This document shows, piece by piece, positions 53,500 to 64,000 of a stretch of 64,000 nt of DNA. A model generated the notes under the pieces. The model was given only the letters and a program-made list of their open reading frames with translations. It ran no database searches and was not told the origin of the DNA. Source of the stretch: Octopus bimaculoides (taxonomy: Eukaryota); contig NC_068998.1 in assembly GCF_001194135.2 (NCBI RefSeq), positions 37,250,127 through 37,314,126 on the forward strand, given 5' to 3'. A program made the position numbers and the translations under genes. Within the stretch, counting starts at the first letter, position 1. The number at the start of each line of letters is the position of its first letter.

Positions 53500-55135
53500 C
53501 ATGTCCCTAGAGAAGAATTAGTGGGGAGGGGGTTCTCCCCTACTATGTGGGAACACCTAATGTAAAATCCACCAGCAGACTTTTGCATGGATTTCCAATG
53601 GAGCCTCAACCATATTCGAAGGTCGGGACATCCGCCTTCCAACAGCACTAGGAGGGTAAGCAACTCCACTCTTTGCTTTTCTCAACTCTTTTTGGCAAAC
53701 ATTACAACTATTAGAGTAGGTTGAGTATATGTATGTGACCTGGGAGGTCTGCTCGGAAGCAAGGTTGCTCAATGACCTTAGGTTGCTTGGTGTGGAGTGA
53801 TAGCCACCAACGGAGATTTACGCGTATGTCTGGACCTGTGCTGTTTAGAAAAGGCGTGCATCTCGAGGTACGGATCATCATCCAAGATTCGGATTGTAAG
53901 TTGGTGGTCCTGGATGTGCTCAATAGCGGAAGTGGTGCTTTTGGATAGTCATTGTATTCGCCCCGACTGGAACGGGGCAGCTGAATTTCGCCAGACGTTT
54001 GGAAGTTTTTCTTGGGACATCTTACTCTTTAGCGCTAGCGAACGGTTGGAACACTGTCTTGGACGCACACCTGGATTAGGTGGGGCCAGCCGATTGGATA
54101 TGTGGTTGTAAAAGCCTCACAGAATTGTTCAGTCGTTTCCAACTGGCTGACAGATACCGACAAGATTTCTCGAATGCGCCAATGTGGATATGGGCTAAAA
54201 GCATTGGCTGTTCCAATCCAAATCGTATCTAAATTGAGTATTTTGTAGGCCAGTAGACAGAAGAAACATAAATTGTCCACAATTCAATGTCGCTAGCTAT
54301 ACGGGACGCACATTTGTGATTTGCACGGTCGACCGAGATAGGATCCACAGGCAAGCGCCCCTGATACTAAAAGCTGAACGCGTCTTTCCCGCTCCGTCAA
54401 GCTTTCAGAGACCAGATTAGAAAGTTTATCCATCCGAAGTTGCTGGTTGTAATTGTCAACAACTGGTGGATAGCGCTGAAAAGGGCTACTAGAGTAGAGG
54501 TGTTAGGATTTAGTAATGAAATATTGTTAGAGAAATTTAGAATATAGGATGACCTTGTTCAGAAGCAAGAAGCGGTACCCAAATGAGACATAACGACCAA
54601 CCTGATGGTGGCTAGATTGAGTCTTGATCAATTTCTCGGTGTCAAGCACGAAGGTTCCGTCGTCAGAGCTAGAGTGCATGCTCGAAGACACAACGAAATA
54701 AAAGCTCTTTGATGGGCCCGGACGGCGAAGTCGCAATGTGACATCAAAGCAACAAAGCAACAACTTGCTCTTTGACCGGCAGGGTCGGTTCTTGCTGCTC
54801 GAGTCCAAGTAGATGTGTACAAAATTACAGCGGCACTTTGCAGAACTGTACGGAGTGTACGGTAAGTCCAATACGAAGCTAGCTTGCACCTCCTACCTCG
54901 GCGGTATGCCGCGCCTTTCGGCCATGGATACGGAGTTCTTCAGAAGGTAGAATAACAAAGACGTTGGCACTTGTCGTTGATAGACTGATCGGTTACGGGC
55001 ACACATGCGCCATCTGAAACAGATTTATCCACGACAACATCCACCTCACGTGTTACATTGTAAAGAAAGTGGATAGATGAGAAATCTGGCATGGGTGAGG
55101 CCCTGATCAATTTGGATCAATCAAAATTTTGTTGC
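53500..55135 (+). mobile_element. L1/Tx1-clade LINE relic (AP endonuclease and start of RT)
   Basis: Frameshifted IRVG, LLNDLR, VLFRKG, LVVLDV, FAPTG, RLEVFLG and LADRYR..PMWIW (APE domain). Then KTLALVVDRLI..HTCAI..IHDNIHL and ALINLDQSK (Tx1/L1 RT). Confidence 0.85.
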
Positions 55136-55278
55136 AAATAGCTATTGTTATTTTATTGTTTACGCGTGTTTTGAGCTAGGCTCCACTTTGTCCTTAATTC
55201 CTGTATAGTCCATTTTGCTGTGTGTTGGGACATTGTGGCCAATAAAGAAAAAAATATTAATGTATTTTATTATTATTA

Positions 55279-55500
55279 AAAGGCGGTGAGCTGACAGAAT
55301 CGTTAGCACGCCGGGCAAAATGCTTAGTGGCATTTCGTCCGGCCTTACGTTTTAAGTTCAAATACCGCCGGGGTGGACTTTTCCTTTCATCCATTCGGAG
55401 TTGATAAAATAAGTACCAGTTGAGTACTGGCGTTGATGTGATCGACTAGCCCCACCCCACAAATTCCAGGCCTTGTGCCTATAACAGAAAGGATTATTAT
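55279..55500 (+). mobile_element. SINE family A
   Basis: aggcggtgagctgacagaatcgttagcacgccgggc..ggccttgtgcctataacagaaaggattattatt. Confidence 0.9.
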
Positions 55501-55564
55501 TAGAAGGCATCGCGCTGGCAGAATCGTTAGCACGATTCTGATACCCTTGTAGCAAATAAAAGCA

Positions 55565-56050
<486 letters not shown>

Positions 56051-56545
56051 GTTGTTGTGAATTCTTTCTAACGCAGTCTTTCTCTTCTGTTCCTTCTTAA
56101 ATAATCCAATCGGAATACGGGATCCAACAGTGGTCAAGCTAGCATATTTCGACGTTTCCGCTCTCTCAGCGAGAGTATTACTGCGATATAATATTGAATC
56201 AATAAATACCAAGTTGATTAAAATTGTGGAAAACATTCACGATTTCCATTGCTCCTGAAGATATTTTCAAAGAACCTGCGGGCATTGAATCGTGAAGCGG
56301 GAGACTGGGAATATTCTAATAATGCCAAATATAAAGATGTCGGTTTTGAATTCTTCGGGTAACGAGTAGAAATGTTTCTAATCGTCTCCGTGTGCGATAT
56401 GGCCAAACTTGAGTCACTAAAGTGAAAATGAGCCTTAATTTAGAATACTGCTGTTCTGTCCAGCTATGACCATTAATATATTTCGTTTGTTGTTTGAATT
56501 ATTTGAAGAATAACCTAAACACTCTGAGAATGTACATCAATGATG

Positions 56546-56762
<217 letters not shown>

Positions 56763-56764
56763 TA

Positions 56765-57390
56765 TGAAAACATACAGCTTATTTTGTGGGGTATGATGGA
56801 AAGTAGCACTTGTCCACAGCTAGAAGACTAAGTTGATACTTGTTTACTGGTCATGCTTCAAGAACCCTGCGAAGAATCTTTTTTATCCACGCAACAACGT
56901 CCTGGTTTCCGATGTCTGATCGGGTGATCCCACTGGATCATTGCATCCCACAGGATTTTGCAATTCTCATTTTCGGTGACTCCTTCTAGAGTTGCCCATA
57001 CCGTCCTCTTTGTAGGCCGTGATTTCCACAGAGTTCCCAATGGATCACTTTTGCCACATTGTCATGGCGTCTTTTGTATTCGCGTTGCGCCAATTTCGGG
57101 TATTCGCTAACGATATGCCTTACCGTTTCACCCCTCTCACCACACATTCTGTATTTGTCGCTATCAGTATTGTTGTATATTCTGCAATGCATATAGTTGA
57201 TCCTTAACGCTTGTTCTTGAGCTGTGCCTATCAGTGCTTCTGTCTCTATCTTCAGGTCACTCCTCCTCATCCATAGCCACCGGTCTTCTGTATCTGTCTT
57301 GGCGTTCACATCACTTGCAAATTGATCGTACACTTTCATTTCCTTCCATGCTTTTTCTTTGGTTTTTTTTTTTGTTCATTACTTGTTTAA
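56765..57390 (-). mobile_element. 5'-truncated, internally deleted R4/Dong-clade LINE
   Basis: WLWMRRSDLKIETEALIGTAQEQALRINY, RMCGERGETVRHIVSEYPKLAQREYKRRHDNVAKVIHWELC and KILWD, then a jump to ILRRVLEA*. Confidence 0.92.
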
Positions 57391-57395
57391 AGAAA

Positions 57396-57423
57396 TTATT
57401 ATTATTATTATTATTATTATTAA

Positions 57424-57474
<51 letters not shown>

Positions 57475-57527
57475 CATCATAATCATTCATCAACATCATC
57501 ATCATCATCAACCTCATCATCGTCATT

Positions 57528-57574
<47 letters not shown>

Positions 57575-57620
57575 TATTATCATCATCATCATCATCATCA
57601 TTATTATTATTATTATTACA
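57396..57620. repeat. (ATT)n/(ATC)n array at the 5' junction of the R4 copy
   Basis: Directly visible. Confidence 0.95.
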
Positions 57621-57999
57621 AAATTAATACAATTTCCTGCGAGTTGACGTAAGGAAAGATATTACAGGATTGTATTATTACAAGAGAGTTTCATAAACCA
57701 TCTGATTAATGTGTATGATAGCTTGAGCTGATATGTTTAACATTTGTTATCATTGGGAACTGCTTTTCCTCCTGAAACAGATAAAGTCATGTGACATTTG
57801 TTTTGCTAAATTTCTGTGTGTAAGATATTTTTTCCTGCTACACTGAAATATTATAATCTATCTTTGTTACAAGCTTGATTTCTCACGATGTAAATTTGTA
57901 AATACATGTGTTTTCTCTCTAAGTATGAATGTGTTTGTCTGTGTATGCAATCAGAAGCGTATATGTATACATATGTACGAACTACACGTCGTTCTGTTG

Positions 58000-59742
58000 T
58001 CTGTTTCTCATTCACAATTATGAGACAGTGGTTTTAAAGCCCGTATGCTCTCTCCCTAAAGTAATCTAATTGTTACCTGTCATATCTATGATTAATCTTT
58101 GTCACGTAATCTTTATAAACATTATTTCTCGAATCAACCAAACAACGTTTCCGCACTAACAGAGAAGATATAATTGTGGAATAATATTCTATCAATAAAT
58201 GCCATAAATATTTAAAAAATAGAAAAAACCTTCTCAGCATCCACAGCTCTTCGGGTTATTTTCAAAGAATTTATCCGTAGACAATCGTGAAATATGACAG
58301 CTTTTTGTATAACTTCTTTTGAAATTTTCACGCCTGATGGCAAATCATTTTACCGTGCTTTATTGAAAAAGTTCAATGTTCATTTAGTTTTGAATTTTGT
58401 CAATGAACAAAATTTCCCCAAGTATATGAATGTTTCGTAGTAATTCCTATACTGAAGGTTACTTCTTCCGTAAGAAAAAAATCCTCCATAATGGTTTTAT
58501 CTCTAGATTATTATTCTTTTTCAATTATTTTGCTTCATTTATGGAATTGATATTGTATTTTAGTGGGTTTTCGCGACTCTGTCTATTGGGCAATATCTTA
58601 CGTTTGATGTTAACTGTTATTACTTTCCTGTTATTAGTTACATTTCTTGTAATTATCAGCTTTCATGTGATTACGCAAGTTCGTGAAAGATTCATTAGCT
58701 CAATGACTAACTATTTCAATAATTTTCTCAAGAACGGAAGGTATTACGGCATGTTTAGATCATATTAATCCTCGTCAGATTTTCACAGATGTTGTCGTAT
58801 TTGTCAGTGTTGTGATATGAGAATCACTAACTAGATGTGCAATATTGTACACGAGGAGGCTTGACATATTTGCATTTTTTTAAAGAAGTACATCCCTTCT
58901 GTTATTTAGACACGGCGTCTGCATCTTTTATGATTGTGTTGTATTATTTTACTGTAACATCTGTTACGTAAGGTTACTAATTTGCCAGGGAAAATGCCCG
59001 GTTGCCCGATTGTACCTGTGTATGGACTTTGTTTCAGAAATTCTCTTCTCTTAGCTCTTAGTTACTTCAGTGCTGTCAACACAACAAGCAATGAGCCTTC
59101 TCCAAACGTCCCGATTGCTTACTTCCCTCTAAGATCCACCCGGAAAATACTGTACCACGTCTTTTACCTATGCTTCTACGTGACCAACTCTTTTATTAAA
59201 GGCATAACTTCTTATATTTAAATTTGGTCAACTTTTTTGTCCAAGTTGCAACTGGTTTTCTTCTGAGTAGGTAAAAAGTATTTTCCCCCTATTAGTTTCG
59301 CCACTACCGTATAAAGTGTACAGGAGTCAATAATGAATTTGCAATTCTTTCGAATGTCCAACTTGTTTCGGTAGCAATCTTTTACGTCGTCATATCTTTT
59401 ATTGACGTCCTATTTTTTAATTATGTTCAGTGCTTTGGCTTTATCGATCTACAGTGCATTCTTGATTTCTTGTTGTTTTATCCGTTTAGTGCTGTATTCT
59501 TCTTCTGATTTTTTTCAGCTGTTATTGATGTTTGTTTTTATATACACAGATTACTTTTTGCTTGGTTTCTTTCACCATTATTTATGAGGTTTCTCTATTA
59601 TAGGCTTTTTTTTTCCTTCTATGTCTGTGCATAATTTGTAAATTTCATCCTTGTAAAGATAACAGTTTAGCTAATGATTGTGTGTATGATTGAGTGTGCG
59701 TGTATGTCTGTGTGTATGTATGCGTGTGCGTGCGCGCGGGTC

Positions 59743-59780
<38 letters not shown>

Positions 59781-61480
59781 TTCTCTGATTTAATTCCTTT
59801 TCGAAATTCTTTGTATTTTAACCAAGCATTTTGTTTTGCAAGCACTGTGTGTGTCTTCTGTTTAATCACCTGACTTACTCCGTTCTTTTGCAACAATAAG
59901 CGGCTTCAGGTGTGCCCTCATTCCCCCTATTTCATTCTCCTTACACAACATCAGTTTTCTTATTTACCTTTTTCTTGACTATGCTAATCTATATTTCTGT
60001 TAATATTGATAACTCTTTTCTATTTTCGTGAAATACTTTCTCGATGTTCCTATTCCACAGAGGCTGACTATTCGTTTTCTTATTGAAGCTTTTTCTTAAC
60101 TTATTTTTTCTCTATTTTTGTCTATCATATTAGTTGTTTCACTCAAATATTCGATTTACACTTATTATATATTTTTCATCGATTGAGTCGTGAAGAATGT
60201 ATTCTATATACATGCACTTTTTATTTCTCTCTTCCTATTTATGTATTATTTGGCTATGAGTTCATCATTTCCTTTTCCAATTTTAGCACATTTTATTTAT
60301 TCGCATTTTAAAGTTTTATTTTTTCTAGTACGATTTCTTAAATCTATTTATGGCGTTTTCGATGTTTTACTTTAATTTTAACTATTGTTCATTTTTGTAG
60401 AAAGTACTGTTGGTATATATATNNNNNNNNNNNNNNNNNNNNNNNNNNNNNNNNNNNNNNNNNNNNNNNNNNNNNNNNNNNNNNNNNNNNNNNNNNNNNN
60501 NNNNNNNNNNNNNNNNNNNNNNNNNNNNNNNNNNNNNNNNNNNNNNNNNNNNNNNNNNNNNNNNNNNNNNNNNNNNNNNNNNNNNNNNNNNNNNNNNNNN
60601 NNNNNNNNNNNNNNNNNNNNNNNNNNNNNNNNNNNNNNNNNNNNNNNNNNNNNNNNNNNNNNNNNNNNNNNNNNNNNNNNNNNNNNNNNNNNNNNNNNNN
60701 NNNNNNNNNNNNNNNNNNNNNNNNNNNNNNNNNNNNNNNNNNNNNNNNNNNNNNNNNNNNNNNNNNNNNNNNNNNNNNNNNNNNNNNNNNNNNNNNNNNN
60801 NNNNNNNNNNNNNNNNNNNNNNNNNNNNNNNNNNNNNNNNNNNNNNNNNNNNNNNNNNNNNNNNNNNNNNNNNNNNNNNNNNNNNNNNNNNNNNNNNNNN
60901 NNNNNNNNNNNNNNNNNNNNNNNNNNNNNNNNNNNNNNNNNNNNNNNNNNNNNNNNNNNNNNNNNNNNNNNNNNNNNNNNNNNNNNNNNNNNNNNNNNNN
61001 NNNNNNNNNNNNNNNNNNNNNNNNNNNNNNNNNNNNNNNNNTATATATATATATATGTATGTATGTATGTTGTTTTTTTTCTCTCATAGAAACAGTATCT
61101 ATCTTATAAGTGACATACTCTTTGTATTATAAGTATATTTTCATGATGTGTTCTGCATTCGAAGTTTTAATGGTACCACTTCTTCTAAGACTGGGGCCCT
61201 TGCAATGACATCTCCCCTTAAGTATGCGGTTAAAACTTTTGATAAGCATTTTTTTCTTCTTCCTCATCTTCAAAGTTTGTAAAGGTAAATACTATAACAT
61301 GTTTATGTCAGAAATAAAAAGACTGTCTCAAAGGCCTGCCATAACTTCTCTGTATTCACTAGTTGTCCACGTCTTTTGTCCTGCTCTTCTTTCTACAATT
61401 TAGTAACTTCTAGAAGCCGCGTTATTTGTTTATTCAGCTCTTCTATGTCTTCCGTGTTGCATATAAAGAAACGGTTATCA
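58000..61480 (-). mobile_element. Ancient, heavily decayed APE-RT LINE (RTE/L2-like), split by microsatellites and gaps
   Basis: Scattered minus-strand motifs in the expected order: GDVIAR (GDFNAR-like, ~61210), EIKNAL..KAK (~59450), VDLR..NRDVWRRL (~59110), ETFIYLG..NKAR (~58400) and ELWMLRRF (~58240). Confidence 0.45.
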
Positions 61481-61496
61481 CAATTCAGACCTATAA

Positions 61497-61539
<43 letters not shown>

Positions 61540-61726
61540 ATATATATATATATATTTATCTATCAATATATATATATACATATATATATATATTTATGTG
61601 TGTGTGTAAATATATGAACAAAAACATGTATAAGTGTGTGTGTGTGTATATATACATGTATATCCATCCATCCATCCATCCATCCATCCATCCAGCCATC
61701 CATCAATCCAGCCAGCCATCCGTCTA

Positions 61727-61767
<41 letters not shown>

Positions 61768-62165
61768 NNNNNNNNNNNNNNNNNNNNNNNNNNNNNNNNN
61801 NNNNNNNNNNNNNNNNNNNNNNNNNNNNNNNNNNNNNNNNNNNNNNNNNNNNNNNNNNNNNNNNNNNNNNNNNNNNNNNNNNNNNNNNNNNNNNNNNNNN
61901 NNNNNNNNNNNNNNNNNNNNNNNNNNNNNNNNNNNNNNNNNNNNNNNNNNNNNNNNNNNNNNNNNNNNNNNNNNNNNNNNNNNNNNNNNNNNNNNNNNNN
62001 NNNNNNNNNNNNNNNNNNNNNNNNNNNNNNNNNNNNNNNNNNNTATATATATATACACGTGTGCTTTTGCATAAATGTATGCGCGTATATATGTAGACGT
62101 ATACATCTATGTCTATCTACATCTATGCACTTATAAAATATTATATATATATATATGTGTATGTG

Positions 62166-62200
<35 letters not shown>

Positions 62201-63280
62201 CAATGTGCGTATGTGTATATATATGTGTGTGTGTGTATATATATGTATGCATATACATATATGAGAAGCTAACGGCGATTTGAATTATCGTTGGGTTTTT
62301 GTCTGTTTGTTTGTTTGTTTTTATCAATCTTTTGCACCAGGATTTTCAAGGATTAATTTGAGATTTGTATCCATTTAAATAAACATTTTTGCAAGCATTT
62401 AATGTCAAAAGAAATGCCTATGCTTTAGAATTTTTTTCTTAACCCAGAACACTAACGATTTGGATTGGTGCATTGTGTGTCTGAGAAGATTATTCAGTTG
62501 CTGATGGCGTAAAAGTGTGTAGGTATTTTTGTATAAAAACACTTAAACAAATTATCGTTCTTACCATATGTGATAAACTTTTTTTAGTCTTTCACTCATT
62601 TATGTAGTATATTTATATAATATTGATTTTCTTTAGCTGCTTTTTTCTCTGTCTTTCTCTCTTCGGGCGAGAAATATTTAGAATCTTGTATTTCTTCGGC
62701 TTCTGATTATCGTTATTTATATAAACGATTTTATTTTTATGAGAATTCAATGTTTCTTTTATGTAATATACATACTGCTTCTTTTTTTCTAAATGAGGGA
62801 CAAACGCAGTTACTTACACTAGTCTATAAGTTTCTTATTCATTGTTTTCTACTTCTTCCTTCTTATCTTTATTTTTCTTTTCCTTGTCTTTTTTCTTCTT
62901 TCTTTTCTTCCTTCTTTTTTACCTACTTATCCTCCAGCTCCTCCTCTTCCTTCTTCCCCATCTTCGTCATCTCCTCTTCTTTCTTTTTTCTTATTTTCCT
63001 TCTTCTCACCTTTCTTCTCCTCCTCCTTCTTAAAATTATCCCATGACAATCCGGTTAATTCTCACTTCCCAACTGCAACATATTCTACATTTACTTGCGC
63101 TTCATTAGAGACTTTTAATAGATTCTGGTGGCTGGGGTTTAACCCTTTTGTACAGTCTAGAATTCTTCAGTCTCAACTTAACCTTCTGTGCTTTTCAGCT
63201 TCTGCTGCGGCTTCTCTTCGTCGCTTTCCATCAGTTTGGGCCTTTTTAAAAAAACTTCTTTTCAGAAATTAACCATCTAA

Positions 63281-63368
63281 GGGCGGAATTTGAATTCAGA
63301 CCATAAAGATGGGCGAAATGCCGCTAAGCATTCTGCCCAAGGTGGAAACGATTCTACAAATTCGCCGC
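63281..63368 (-). mobile_element. SINE family A head fragment
   Basis: ggcggaatttgaattcagacc..gaaatgccgctaagcattctgccc..aacgattctac. Confidence 0.75.
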
Positions 63369-64000
63369 TTTTGAATTGTAAGTTAATATTGTTAGTAGGG
63401 GATATCACTATGAACTGAGATGGTTGTGATAATATATTGTTGTAAGTTGATAACTCTGGGACGTAGTTTTCTTACAATACAATATTACTGTAGTTAAAAG
63501 TTTTCTCTGCATTCATGAGATCCCGAATTCGATCGTACTGCAACTGAGGTCTTCATAGTGAAAATGATTTGGTCTAAACTGTGAACAAGCTTCATACACG
63601 GACTATCATTATAATTTAAAAGGTCACTTTGTCACACGGTGTCACAATGTGTCACGTCAATTCAACTTGGGAATTACATTTAAGGTATATGTAATATAAA
63701 CGCTATTTCAATAAACAGATTGCGATGTTAGTCAAGCAACTGAACACCCATCGCCGAAAGCGACGTAAAACGAAGGCTTTTAGTTTTATTACTATGAAAT
63801 ATTACAATAAAGATGACATCATTTGATGATAATGAATTTCCTCTCGTCTTAGATATATCTCTTTTATGTTATTTTATCTTCAAGGCATTGTATATTTGAT
63901 TATCATTTGATTATTACTATGGAATTATGTTACGACGTGATAATAAAATCCCTCCCATTTGAGATATATAATAATGTTCCTTTAAGTTCATATCCCTGTG

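Noticed and set aside
54035-54280. Minus-strand ORF superficially like a Gypsy RNaseH/integrase linker
   Set aside because: The + strand gives a coherent L1/Tx1 endonuclease-RT motif series over the same interval.
54676-54711. ARRHNEI motif suggesting an R2/R4 RHN motif
   Set aside because: It lies within the L1/Tx1 relic and has no adjacent CCHC knuckle or PD-D/ExK motif.

Overview
AT-rich animal genomic DNA with many microsatellites and 14 N gaps. The repeat content (tRNA-derived SINEs, R4/RTE/L1/Penelope relics, mariner, hAT and piggyBac MITEs) suggests a coleoid cephalopod, probably Octopus; this is inference, not a database match. The only host-gene sequence I can support is two + strand exons of a rutabaga/ADCY1-type Ca2+/calmodulin-stimulated adenylyl cyclase. 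Exon 36052-36193 encodes the end of catalytic domain C1a, and exon 52412-52585 encodes the C1b calmodulin-binding segment. They are joined in frame by a 16.2-kb GT-AG intron. The rest is probably intronic and mostly decayed transposable elements; most ORFs in the supplied track are microsatellite or N-gap artefacts. The most interesting observations: (1) a 5'-truncated R4/Dong-like LINE flanked by an apparent ~140-bp target-site duplication; (2) repeated tail-to-tail R4/SINE junctions at TAA repeats; (3) a tandem pair of tRNA-shaped units with broken anticodon stems; (4) hammerhead-ribozyme-like motifs; (5) a Helitron Rep relic missed by the ORF track; (6) the calmodulin-binding segment lying on a frame-neutral (skippable) exon with a NAGNAG acceptor. 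Protein-family calls come from motif recognition by eye, and repeat boundaries are approximate unless a TSD or TIR is quoted.
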